Shown in pieces: positions 48,797-61,260 of a DNA stretch of 64,000 nucleotides (its first letter is position 1; the number at the start of each line of letters is the position of its first letter). The notes below the pieces were generated by a model. The model did not search any database. It was not told the origin of the DNA and saw only the letters and a program-made list of their open reading frames with translations. The DNA comes from Heteronotia binoei (lineage: Eukaryota), in contig NC_083229.1 in the NCBI RefSeq assembly GCF_032191835.1, forward strand, positions 107,260,001 to 107,324,000, written 5' to 3'. A program made the translations under genes and the position numbers.

Positions 48797-49319
48797 CATT
48801 TCATGGTTGTTGGGTGTTGGTGCTTGTCCAGCATGCTTCGATTTATGTGACCGTCTGAGGGAGGCAAAGGTGTGTTCACAAGCAACAATGGCAGCTTGCT
48901 GAAATTTAGAGGCAAGTTTGGATGGGTGTTCCTAATCATTCAAAACGGGAAGGGGTGGGGAGAACCTGAGACTAGCAGAGATCATTACTAGCATCCGAAT
49001 CAGAGTACTGTTCAAAAAGGAAAGTTAAGGGTCATTTAATAGACACTATTTAAAAGACACTATTAAGGATTTGTGACATTTCTCTATTCAGTTCTGTGCT
49101 AGACAAATACATCAAAGGCTAAAATAGGAATAGCTACTACTCCAATCTGGCCATTCCAAAAAGTCTGCAGTAATTTAGCTAGAGGCAAGAGGAACAGATG
49201 GGGAAAGACCTGTGCCCTATAGCTTCCCACTTTGTATTTCCTCCCATTCTGACACCAATGCATTCACAATCGGTACATTTAAAACTAGTTTCACAGATGC
49301 TTAGTAATAATTCCTCACA

Positions 49320-50030
49320 GAATCATAGAGTTGGAAGCAGCCACACAGGCCATTTAGTCCAACTCCCTGCTCAATGCAGGCTCAGCCTACAGCATCCCTG
49401 AAAAGTGTTTGTCCAGCTGCTGCTTAAAGACTATAGAACACTAGCAGGGACCAATGAAATAGAAACTAAGAAAACCATACCATGAACTCTATTCAATATT
49501 GTAATGTAAGTAATAAATATTTGTACAAAACCTTCAATAAATCATCTGTGTATTATTTAATCATCTAAACATTCAAATCATATGTCAAAAATCCTACAAT
49601 ATCATATCCTCAAAAAGAATTCAATTTCATATCCACCATGTTAAGAACTGGACATAAGTCTCAAATCCATGAGAAGCTAGATAATAATCGTGTCCTAGCA
49701 TATACAATAATTATCTTTTTGCTCATCAATTCATTTAATTTTCTGGCACAAAAATTCAAATATATAATGTATATTAATCTCCAACTATGAAGCTGCTTAA
49801 AGACTGCCAGTGAAGAGGAGCTCACCAACTCCCTAGGTGGCCAGTTCCAAACTCTTACTGTAAAAAGGTTTTTACTAATATCCAGCCAGTATCTTCCTGC
49901 CCTTTAGACCCATTATTGTGAATCATGTCCTCTGCTGTCAACAGGAATAGCTCCCTGCCCTCCTCTAAGTGACAGACCTTCAAATACTTAAAGAGAGCAA
50001 TCATGGTTCACATCGCCTTAGCTTGCTCAA
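49320..50030 (-). mobile_element. CR1 3' fragment interrupted by a 359-bp insertion
   Basis: Begins with the reverse-complement CR1 tail AGAATCATAGAGTTGGAAG. CR1 sequence resumes after 49792 (CTCACCAACTCCCTAGG...CCTTCAAATACTTAAAGAGAGC). Confidence 0.75.
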
Positions 50031-51510
50031 GAGGGTATCATTTGTGTCAAAAAGGAGATTGAAATGGTTGGGCATGTTTTGTTGTTCTTCACAAGTACCA
50101 GTTTTTTGCAGATTGCTTCAGAATTATAAATTTTTTAAAAAAATTCCTGCCCAGTGATTGGCAATGTGGCACCCATTAACTGCACCATGTTAGCAGGGAA
50201 CACCCATTAAGAAATAGCTACCCCCATCATAGAAGGATGTTTGGCTTGCAACCTCCCAACATTTTATAATCAGCTTCTGCGCCCCAGGACAGCCATTTTG
50301 TGGTGGTGCCCTCTCCCCATTCTTAAAATTCGAATGTGTCCACAGGCTCAACAAGATTGTGGTCCTAAGCACTGCATCACACTGTCTCTCTTCTTTAGAA
50401 TATTTTCTTAGGCAGTTATGGCAAAGCTGCAAAGTTTCTCAGAACAACTACATCAATTACCCTCTCCCCCCCCCACAAGTGCAGAGTAAAACTGTACAGT
50501 GCGAGTGCAACCAAGACATGCATCACAAAGACACTCTCACTGGGGACCTGGGGCTGGCTAAGGCAACCCATCAGTCATACCCTTCATGGCAAACATGGGA
50601 CTGCTGTTGTGAAATGCCTGAAATTATCAATAAACACATACACACAATTATGAATGTTTATGAGCCACAACATCATGGTGTGTCACACTGAGCAGCTCAG
50701 CAAGAACCCAGCTGCTACTACAACATTCCTCCTGCAGAGAATTAAAGACACAGTTATACAAGCCAACGAATCGATATTGTATTCTGCAGAGTATTTTCTG
50801 GGCCTGGAACTTCGGAAAAGAGAAGTCTGAAACTGAGCATTATCTGACAAAGGCTGGTGATCCTGAAACCCAGAGAGTTACTTTTTAGGTATATTTTGAG
50901 GCTATGAATTTGCAATCATGGAAGGTAAAACACTGGGAGAGCAGAGAACTGCTGGGCTCCACAGACCTGCTTTTAGGGATGCCAAAGGCCTAAAGCATGC
51001 TCAGTGGGATGTTTGAAATCCCAATGTCACTTCAGTGAGGAGTCTGAAACAAACACCTACACACGAAAACCTTGCCATGTGCCATCATTCAAGAAACACA
51101 AGTGCAAACCCCTCAGGCAAGCAGAACCAGTGGCACAACTCTTTGGATCCTGGCCAATGCTTATTTGTGGTTCAACAGAGACTGAAGATCCGACCCTTCG
51201 TAATTTGTGGTTATTATCTATTAAGGATGGTACTACATCTGTTACGATTTCATGTTAAAAGTGTACAGACCTTGCAAGCCATTAACAGCTTTGGGCAATG
51301 CCAAATGCAATACTGGAATTGATCAATGCCCGCTGCAGTACTTCTAAAAGTATCTGCAGCAGCCAAAAGGAGCCTCCAATTCAAACTGGAATTGTATTTT
51401 TTTTTTCTCCTGCACCATTTTCCTGATGTAAATCACATTCCTGCACCTTCTCCCTCAGATGCAATCTGCCACATAGAGAAAAATATATAGGTATCCAGCC
51501 CTGGTATGCT

Positions 51511-51741
51511 TAAGATTTGCTAACTCTGGCTTTGGGAATTCTTAGAGATGGGTGGTGGAGGGTGCCTGGGGGGGGGGAAGTTTGGGAAAAGGAGGGAGCT
51601 CAGCAGGGACATTATGCCATAGAATTTACTCTCCCCTCCCCCCAAGCTGCCCTTTCTTCCAGAGAAACTGATCCCAATAATGTGAAGATCAGCTATAACT
51701 CCAGGAGAACCCCAGGTCCCACCTAGGAGCTGGTAGCCCTA
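51511..51741. mobile_element. Short TAGGG-TIR MITE, degenerate; related pieces near 5000-5190, 31560-31645, 45380-45570 and 46550-46755
   Basis: Shared body GGAGAAACTGATC...GGAGAACTCCAGG...ACCTGGAGG(C/T)TGGCA(A/T)CCCTA. Confidence 0.6.
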
Positions 51742-52170
51742 GTTCATGCTTCCCCCTGCAGGGAAAATAATAGCTCTAGCTAGGCAGGGGCAATTTGTAT
51801 CAGGAAAATAGTGGACAAAAGGGTCGAATGCCCTCTTTCCTCCACACAACAGCTCCCTCTGAATACTGGTCATAAGGGCCCAACTGGCATTTTTAAAAAT
51901 CATGAGGTAAAAATTCAAAAGACACTACAAGAACAAATGCCCACATCATTCCTGCTTCCTTTTCAGAATCAAGTTGAGAAAAGACAACACATGACTTGGA
52001 CAGATAAGTCGAACTAATTTTTCAATAATGTGACATAAGAAACAGGAGCAATGAAATGAATATATGATTAGCAAATGATTTTCAACAAATGGATATTCAA
52101 CAACAAATCATCACAGTGTATGCTTTTTTGGCAAAGTGAAGCTACAATACTTTCTGAAGGCAATACTTAC

Positions 52171-52325
52171 GCAGTGCATACAGTGAAAGGATTATTCCAG
52201 CAAGGCAAAACCCTTCAAAAAACCTGAGTGTGCTGAACATTGTCACATTCACGGAGAGGGCCACAGAAAGTCCAAATATCAAAATGAATAGGACAGAGAA
52301 GAGGAGGACCGGCCGGCGACCAACC
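52171..52325 (-). CDS. SLC22A23: SLC22A23 internal coding exon, 155 nt (probably exon 3)
   Basis: After a TCTCTCTTTCTAG acceptor it reads G + VGRRPVLLFSVLFILIFGLSVALSVNVTMFSTLRFFEGFCLAGIILSLYAL + C, then a GTAAGT donor. It carries the MFS GRR motif and transmembrane helices. The phase is compatible with the 104-nt exon across a 1559-nt GT-AG intron (52326-53884). Confidence 0.96.
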
Positions 52326-53884
52326 CTAGAAAGAGAGACAAAAAACAAATCTGTTTATTATTTCATACTCATTAGGATATTGCTCTGTGCATTTTTTTTT
52401 AAAGTTTATGTTGACAAAAACCACAGCCTTCAGCCATAAAACACTATTTCCTTTTCTTCTTACTGAGAGAGACAGAGTTGAGGTAGTAGCAGAGTGTTGT
52501 GACTAGAACTGGGGAGCCCTGAGTTCAAATTCTCATCCAGCCATTTACTTCACTGGATAATCTTGGGCCATTCGCCATCTCTCAGGCTAACTAACTACCT
52601 CACAGGACTTTTTTGAGGATAAAATGAGCTCCTTGAATAAAAGTTAAAAGTGTGTATGTGGGGGGAGGGGAGAGGTGTACACAAAGCAGAGCTTTAGATT
52701 CATGTTTCTAAAACAGTTTTCCCTAATCAGCAAACAGTTTTCTAGATCTATTATTGAATATATTTATTTTTATTGAACATATATTGCCCTAACCATATAC
52801 TCTCACAAGTATCCAGAAATTTTATCAATATTTGTTTCTGTCTCTAATGGGCTTTGTGATTTCATTACTAGGTTTGAAGTAATGAAAGAAGGTAAATATA
52901 AATAATAAATTCCTTTCCACTCCCTAACATGCTCTTGTTCCTTACACAGAACATACACTAAAAAAATTTGACACCAAATATCTACTGAGTTGCACTATAT
53001 TGTTTCAAACTGCACAGAATACACTAATGGTATTCCTTTAATTCCATGACCCATCTCTCTCACAATGCTGACTTTGTTCTGGGACCATATACTTATCTGG
53101 TTCTCAGACTATCCTGCTTTGAAGGGAGTGGCCCATTCTAACCTGGTGAATCAGCACAGCAGGTGAGAAAGCCATGATAACAGCTGTGTGATGGACTGGA
53201 GCCATTGTCTAGATAACATCAAAGGTTTAACACCTAATCTAGCCTCAAATGCCTAACACATTCAGTATGCCATAATCTCAAATCTATGATAGTTACCAAG
53301 CAACAGTAAGAGGCACAGGTTGCTCCTATCAAAGATTTAGTTGATTCTACTTAAAATTCAAGCAATAAATATTTGCTAGAGAAACTACAAAAATAAGGGA
53401 AGACTCCCCCTCCCAAGTGGCTACTTGCTAACCCATGAAAAAAAAGGGGGGGTATTTACATGTGGTTCGGGTGATTTTTCTGAATGCAGAAAAGATTAAG
53501 GCTTTGTTTCTCCTTTGAATTTTGTTCTCATGAGAAAAATATGAGTTTACGGAGCACGTAACATAATTTGGAGAGTTTAAAAACATGACCTTGCAGAGTT
53601 TAGTTCAGCTTAATAAAACTGGGCCAACAATCAGCTTTAATGCAAGTGTTCTCAGGCACCTTCTTTTAAAATTTAGCTACTTCATTTTTCACAATAACAG
53701 CAATCAATGGCAAGCCAACTGTGACACATTTTGTTTTCATGTCACACACACTGAAGTGGAACACCACAGGAGAAGCAACCTCATTGGAGGGGACAAATAC
53801 AGCTTCCCACAAGAAGTTAATTTATTAACAGTTTTACAGCACACATATTTAGCACCTGTAATCTATGTATGCATTGTCACTTAC

Positions 53885-53988
53885 CAATCAGCTATACATC
53901 CTGTGATTAGATAGCCAAAGATTAATCCTACAAGTAGGGAGAATTTTGCAATGTGGACTTTCCAGGCAGAATCACAAACCAGGTCCCA
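53885..53988 (-). CDS. SLC22A23: SLC22A23 internal coding exon, 104 nt (probably exon 2)
   Basis: The minus strand reads WDLVCDSAWKVHIAKFSLLVGLIFGYLITGCIAD-W(TG). It has a TTTT...CTCCAG acceptor and a GTAAGT donor. WDLVC is the SLC22 hallmark motif, and the peptide matches SLC22A23 as I recall it. It joins the next exon in frame (TG|G = Trp). Exon number is from my recollection of the human gene structure. Confidence 0.95.
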
Positions 53989-54159
53989 CTGGAGATTTAA
54001 AAAAAAGAAGAGCAAGATATGTTGAAAATGTACACAATTATTTTCAATGCTTGTTCAGAACTATGGCAAATACAGATCAATCTGTTCACAGTTTCACTGA
54101 ATTGGCTGCTAACAGGCAGATAACAATATATTTGAGAATCTTATTTAAATACAGAGGCT

Positions 54160-54530
54160 CTGAGAGAGCATGGTATAGTGCAGGGGTGGCCAATGGTAGC
54201 TCTCCAGATGTTTTTTTGCCTACAACTCCCATCAGCCCCAGCCATTGGCCATGCTGGCTGGGGCTGATGGGAGTTGTAGGCAAAAAAACATCTGGAGAGC
54301 TACCATTGGCCACCCTTCGTATAGTGGTTAAGAATCTGGAGAACCTGGCTCGATTCTTCACTCCCCCTCCACATGGGTGACCTTGGGCAGTCACAGTTCT
54401 CTCAGAACTCTCTCAGCCCCAACTATCTCACAGGATGGCTGCTGTGGGGAAAGGAAGGGAAGGTGACTGCAAGTCACTTTGAGACTCTTCTGAGGTAAAG
54501 GAAAATGCAATATAAAAACTAGCTCTTTTT
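54160..54530 (+). mobile_element. Squam3-like SINE split by a palindromic MITE
   Basis: GAGAGCATGGTATAGTG | MITE | GTATAGTGGTTAAG...GGCTCGATTC...GTCACTTTGAGACTC. Confidence 0.8.
54181..54318. mobile_element. 138-bp palindromic hAT-type MITE
   Basis: The left arm CAGGGGTGGCCAATGGTAGCTCTCCAGATGTTTTTTTGCCTACAACTCCCATCAGCCCCAGCCA is mirrored by the right arm. Perfect 8-bp TSD GTATAGTG. Confidence 0.92.
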
Positions 54531-56069
54531 CTTCATGGTCTACCAGATACATTAGCCAAGATAAGTCACATTTTAAAAAAAATTATACTTGCGGTTACTC
54601 CCACATCTTGTGATAGGAAATTCCACAAAGGGCACTTTTATACACACTAAATAACTCATTTTCAATCTACTTTCAATCCACTTTGGCACTGGATTTTACT
54701 GTGTGAAATGGCAAAATCCACTTACGAATAGTGGCCAAAGCAGACTGAAACTGCATTATTTAGCACATGTGAAAGCACCCAAAGTACACTCTAAAAATAC
54801 CACCATCCTTCTGCCTGTTATGGTCCTGCTACCAGACCAAGTTGTTCGTTGGTTATGCTCTGTGTATGTTTTCTCCATCTCCGCTACTATGTTTAGAAAC
54901 TTCAGACTAGATACTTGTCATACTATGTCACTTTCCTCAACCTCAAGAGTTAAATTTTCTACCCATTACTCTTAAGAACAATTTCCCAAGCTTCTTAGTC
55001 ACTTTTAATGACTATATATATATAAAGAACAAGTCTTTTAGGATGGTTTCTTGTGAGAGCTAACTGATAACAGAGTACAAAACACAAACATCAGCTATCA
55101 AGTACAAAAGTACAAGCTTTGTTTGTAGTCCACTTCCAAGAAAACATGTGCAGGGTTCTGTCCAGGTTGTCTATAATAACACATACAGGGAAATTGGGTT
55201 TACTCTAGTTCTTCAGAATTCCAGGAAGTTTGCATACGCACGGTATCATAAACCAACCCAATAAAATGCATCATCTGTCCTAATGTATTTCACCACAGAC
55301 AGTGGTGAGAGCCTCACACAAACATTTCATCTACAACCTTTCCAGCAACTAAGGCATTTAAAAATAGCTGCACCTAGCTTTTGGTCACTAAAGTTAACAC
55401 TACTGCATCTTGATTTAAGCAACGTTTTGTGGATATTTCTCTACCTATTAAACCTCAACAAATCAAATGCTGTAAATCAGCTTCACTGTTTCCCAGAAAG
55501 ATTATTTACATCAGTTCTATTAGTTCCAGAATCCTATGGAGAATGGGCAACTCTGATTTAAACTGAGCCGGGAATAAGAGAGCACCGATGGATCAGCGCT
55601 TTCCAGTTTCTTTCTCTCCTAAGCCTTGGGAAAATTAATGTTATGGAAAGAGGAGGAAAACAAAAACGTAGCTTGATTTGCCAGCAAAACTATTAAAATT
55701 CTTTGTTGGGAGAAAAGGAGATGAGGCACACATAAAGCAAGCTCAATTCACCAGGTATTGCTCCTTGACAGCCTCCATTCAATTCAATAGGACTTGGGTA
55801 GGAATGAAGGCTATCCAGTACTAATGTGCCAGGTTGCAGACTGTCAATCAAATCCTGAGTTGCTTTGACAAATACAGGTTTCATGGCCTCATGATAACCT
55901 GGGAAGGCATCACCAGAGAACAAGCCAGGGGAAGAGGAACAATATTTCAGACAGACCATAACGAATACATCAACTTCAGATCCTGTCTTTAGATACTGAT
56001 TCAACAGATGCTAACTAAACACAACTAGTAGAATGGCCTGCATTCTATCACCCTAACCATAGCTAGTGT

Positions 56070-56185
56070 AACAAAATTTGAGTCCAGTGGCACCTGAAAG
56101 CTCACACTTTGTTGATCTTAAAGGTAACACTGGACTCAAAATTTGTTCTGCTGTTTCAGACTACCATGGCTGCCCATCTGGAAAA
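56070..56185. mobile_element. Internally deleted Penelope-like inverted terminal remnant
   Basis: Inverted arms AACAAAATTTGAGTCCAGTG (56070-56089) / CACTGGACTCAAAATTTGTT (56128-56147), 19/20 complementary, around GAAAGCTCA. Followed by CAGACTACCATGGCTGCCCATCTG. Confidence 0.55.
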
Positions 56186-58954
56186 AGCTAGTTTAAATGC
56201 ACCATGGTTGCATATGATGTCTGAAGCTGAAGGAATGCCTGCAAAAATGTTAATATAAAACCCATTGGGGGGGGGGGTGAGTGTTTACACAGCGCAGGTT
56301 TCTAGTACCAGAGGACTGCTTTACACTATACCTGAAAAATTTAAATCCAACATTATGAGGAAAATCTTAGAACATTTCTTTCATTTGCTCTTGTTACCTC
56401 TTATCTGCAGAACCTTGTCCCAGAAATTAAATTCCTTTCCTCTCACTCCCCACAAATTCCTTTCAACAATATCTACTTTCTCCTTATCACCTCCATGTAG
56501 TCTTGCCAGTCCCTAGATCTGGGGGGGGGGATCCCCCAGTTTTGTATTCTCACTGCCAGCCAGCTGGCCAGTAGGGGAAGCCCCGCCCCAAAAGCCACCA
56601 TGTGCCTTTCCACCTTGGAAGGTTTAGAAGAAGCTTGGAAACTTGGAAGATGTGCGTGCCTTTAAATATCAGTAGGAGCAAGGCTGAATGGGGGTGGGGC
56701 AAGTTGGCAGAGCCACATGGCTATTCCCAGTGAGTCTGTGAAGCTGTGAGAAAGGAAGAGAGCCCTGTCCCTCCATTTGTTTTACATTCCTTTCAGAAGT
56801 TGTTTCCATAGTAAAGAGTAAACTAGAACTTTTTGTGTCCTGTGTTAGACTGAAGAAGTTGGTATAAATACTACAGATAGTCATATTCAGCAACTCCCAT
56901 GAGTAAATTGCCCCAGTGAGATCACAAAAGTGTGTGCTTGCAAACTGCATTTATTTTGGCCATGTGTGAGTGTGTGTGTGTTCACATTCATCTAGTGGAA
57001 GTGCAGCCAGCTGCTGGGAATGAGGAAATGAAGACTGTTCTTAGGAGAACAGCACTGCTGTATTTTTATTTATTTATTTATTTTAGGGAATGGGAAAGTT
57101 TCCTGGCTTCACCCCCAAAGTCCCCAGGTATCTTCTGAACTGGACCTGGCAGTCCTACTTCCCCTTACGCCCTGAGCCCGTAAGGGGAGGGTGGGATACA
57201 AATCTGATTAAATAAATAAATGCCTAGCCATTACAAAGTCCTGCATCTCAATCCAATGTCCATCAGCTTTGCAGCCATTCTGCTAATGGGTTACTTTCAA
57301 GTAAGTGGGCATAGGACTGCACTGTGGCCTAAGTACACGCAACTATACTAACTCCTTTCCATCCTTTGTTGAGCTTGTCTTTCTTTTCTATCCTTTGTGT
57401 GTTTTACCTACTATCAATAAAAGGGCCTACCTTTTTAATTTGGGCAATCCGTAAAGTGACATACATCAATTAGTTCACCATTTGCTATCACCAGTAATAG
57501 TGGTCATTTCTGAGACCCTACAATAAAGAGTCTTCATCACAATTTCTCACTATCCAAAGAATGGTTTTCAACAGATCCAACATAATAAGAAAACAGTCAG
57601 AACTCTTCCCCGTTTCCCAAAACTGCTCAACAACAATTTCAGACATCTTATGAGAGAAAAACACAAGGGAATTCACAAAGCAGCAACAGAGTGTCTGTTT
57701 GTTGGCAGTCTTAACACAGCTAGAATAAAAGTTACATCAGCTGGAAGACACAGAACCCACACTTGCAACATCACAAGGCACAGAAGCTAAACCACATTAA
57801 TAGAACTTCCCTCAGATCTCTCCACAAATCTTCTTTTCATAACAGAAGAGCTGCCTGACCACATCTTTCTGCATTAAGGAATTCTGCAAACAAAACAAGG
57901 TTTTGGCATCTTGATACAGACAGGGAGGGTGAGGGTCTTTTTGGGGGGGGAGGGGATGCAACCCAACAAAATGTGCAGTTTGGAAGGGGGGTCCAAAAGA
58001 ACATTTGTGCAATTCGGAAAACCTAGTTATGCAACAACTGCAGCCTGTTATCCAATGTAAAAAAAGAAGTGGGGAGTCCAGGCTCTTCTACAACCCCAGA
58101 TCCTGAGCAAACATGCCCAATTATCCTCCCCCTACCAAAAGACACTCCCACCCTTCAGTCTCAATGGCTAGCCTCTAGTCACCAGTGTTTCACAGATGAA
58201 GGACATTGTTCTAGAATAGGGTGAACAGATCTAGCCCATGTACTAAGACCTAAGGCCTGCTCTGCTGTCTTTGTGTATCCGGAACAGGCTTTTAAAAAAT
58301 ATCCTTCACTTCAAGTACAATTTTGGAGGCATTCATCATGAGGGATTTTTTTTTTTTTTTTTGTGAAGCCTGAATACAACACACTTTAGCATCAATGCTG
58401 CCAAATTCTCAGTTCTGGGGATTTTCTCCCACTTGAAATGTCACAGATTGTGATGCTAAGCAACAAAGCCTGGTGCACGTGAGGAAAACGCACATGTATG
58501 TTGTAGCAGGATGCTTTATGTATATTACAATCACATACCAGTGTGCCATTCCAAATTTATAAAAACCTGCAAACAAGGGGAGGAAAGACCCAAGGAGAAA
58601 TTTCCCTATAGTCCAAGCCATGGGTATTGAACTTATGAAGACAGAATCTGATGTAAGCATAACTCAGTCAGGTCATGAGTACAATAAATTATCAAAATAC
58701 AAAAATGTATGAATTTATTTAAACTAATTAAATTAGTACTAATTAGTACTACTTACGTATTTATTAGTTTGTTGCTTATCTAAAAAGTACTGTGGTGACT
58801 AACAACATTAAAACTGTATACGTTATAAGCAACATAAAAATGGATATATAAAATATTATATAAATACACAATGTAAAATATTAACATTAAGATGATAAAC
58901 TACTGAATAAGTGCCTAGCATCACACCACTAAAAAAACCAACCCAATCATGTGG

Positions 58955-59270
58955 ATTACACTACAAAGGCCAACCTAAACAATTTGGTCTTGTATGCCCT
59001 GCAGAAACTGAACAAGTTTAGTGAGGCACAAGTGTCATTCGAGAGTGCATTCCATAAGATAGGGGCCACAACTGAGAAGGCCCTTCCAAGACATCCTGGG
59101 GCCAGGCCCCTGCAATGAAGGGACTGCAGAAGGTTGTGATAGGACAGGCGGTTCTGTAGGTTTGAGGGTCCCAGGCTGTTAAGAGCTTTAAAGGTTAACA
59201 CCTGATCCACCTTGAATTGGATCAGGAGACTAATTGGTGGCTGCCACAGAATTGGGAAAATATGAGCTGA
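58955..59270 (-). mobile_element. L2 C-terminal fragment
   Basis: The minus ORF gives VLTFKALNSLGPSNLQNRLS...RAFSVVAPILWNAL...RAYKTKLFRLAF, like the end of the 36119 ORF. Confidence 0.85.
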
Positions 59271-59339
59271 CATAAGGATGCCAGACCCCCTGGTGGGGGC
59301 AGGGGTTTCCTGCTTTCAGCCCCCCCCCTCCAAATAGAG

Positions 59340-61260
59340 AAGAAAAAGGGACTATGGGGAGCATATTGCAAAAAACATAAAGACCAACAATAAAAAATTC
59401 TGCAAATACATTAGAAGCAGGAAACCAGCCAGGGAGGCAGTGTGGCCCTTGGATGACCCAGGGGTAAAAGGACTACTGAAGGATGATAGGGAAATGGCTG
59501 AGAAGCTGAATGTATTTTTTGCCTGATTTTGGGAGGGGTGTTGAAAGACCTGAGTCAGATTGAGGTGATGAGAGAGGAGGTCCTACGACTGATACACAAT
59601 TTAAAAACTGATAAGTCACCAGGCCTGGATGGCATACATCCAAGAGATCTAAAAGAACTCAAAGGTGAACTTGTGGATCTCCTGACAAAAATATGTAATC
59701 TTTTATTGAAATTTGCCTCTGTTCCTGAGGACTGGAAGGTAGCAAATGTCACTCCCATCTTCAAAAAGGGTTCCAGAGGAGATCCAGGAAATTACAGCCA
59801 GTCAGTCTGACTTCAATACCAGGAAAGTTGGTGGAAAGCGTTATTAAAGACAGAATTAGTAGGGACATTGATGAACAAAAGTTATTGAAGAAGACTCAGC
59901 ATGGGTTCTGTAAGTGAAGATCTTGTCTCACTAACAGAGTTCTTTGAGGGGGTGAACAAGCATGTGGACAAAGGGGACCCAATAGATGTTGTTTACCTTG
60001 ACTTCCAGAAAGCTTTTGATAAAGTTTCTCATCAAAGGCTCCTTAGTAAGCTTGAGAGTCATGAGGTAAAAGGACAAGTCCTCTTATGGATCAAAAACTG
60101 GCTAATTAATAGGAAACAGAGAGTGAGTATAAATGGGCAATTTTCACAGTGGAAGGTGTAAGCAGTGGGGTACTGCAGGGCTCAGTACCGGGCCCGATGC
60201 TTTTTAACTTGTTCATTAATGATTTGGAGTTGGGAGTAAGCAGTGAAGTGGCTAAGTTTGCGGATGACACTAAATTGTTCAGGGTAGTGAGAACCAGAGA
60301 GGATTGTGAGGCACTCCAAAGGGATCTGTCAAGGCTGGGCAAGTGGGCGTCAACATGGCAATGAGGTTCAACGTGACCAAGTGCAAAGTAATGCACATTG
60401 GGGTCAAAGACCCTAACTATAAATACAAGCTGATGGGGTGTGAACAGGTGGAGAATGACCAAGAGAGAGATCTTGGGGTCGTGGTAGATAACTCACTGAA
60501 AATGTCGAGACAGTGTGTGACTGCAATAAAAAAAGGCCAACGTCATGCTGGGAATTATTAGGAAGGGAACTGAAAACAAATCAGCCAGTTTCATAATACC
60601 CTATATAAATCGATGGTACGGCCTCATTTGGAGTACTGTGTACAAGTCTGGTCACCATACCTCAAAAAAGATATTATAGCACTGGAAAAAGTCCAGAAAA
60701 GGGCAACTAGAATGATTAAAGGGTTGAAACACTTTTCCTATGAAGAAAGGTTAAAACACTTGAGGCTCTTTAGCTTGGAGAAACATCGACTGAGGGGTGA
60801 CATGATAGAGGTTTACAAGATTATGCATGGGATAGAGAAGGTAGAGAAAGAAGTACTTTTCTTCCTTTCTCACAATACGAGATGAACATTCAATGAAATT
60901 GCTGAGCAGTTGGGATAAAACGAAGTACTTCTTCACCCAAAGGGTGATTAACACATGGAATTCACTGCCTCAGGAGATGGAGGCAGATGCAAGCATAGAC
61001 AGCTTCTAGAGAAGACTGGATAAACATATGAAGCAGAGGTCCATCAGTGGCTATTAGCCACAGCGTATTGCTAGAACTCTCTGTCTGGGGCAGTGCTGCT
61101 TTGTATTCTTGGTGCTCGGGGGGGGGGGGGCACAATGGGAGGGCTTCTACTGACCCACTGATGGACTTCCTGATGGTGCCTGGATTTTTTTGGCCACTGT
61201 GTGACACAGAGTGTTGGACTGGATGGGCCTGATCCAACATGGCTTCTCTTTATGTTCTTA
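59340..61260 (+). mobile_element. CR1 LINE, degenerate ORF2 3' portion, a different subfamily
   Basis: Fragmented peptides KSPGLDGIHPR, WKVANVTPIFKKG, YLDFQKAFDKV, KFADDTKL and [10 protein letters not shown], with multiple frameshifts. Tail CTGATCCAACATGGCTTCTCTTTATGTTCTTA. Confidence 0.93.

Noticed and set aside
1-52170. Next SLC22A23 exon (RIELCPP...LLYWS expected)
   Set aside because: No matching spliceable sequence was found by eye, so it is presumed to lie beyond the window start. A TBLASTN would confirm.
55693-56004. 103-aa minus-strand ORF with protein-like composition
   Set aside because: I recognise no family, there is no clear splice or promoter context, and its length is within chance expectation.
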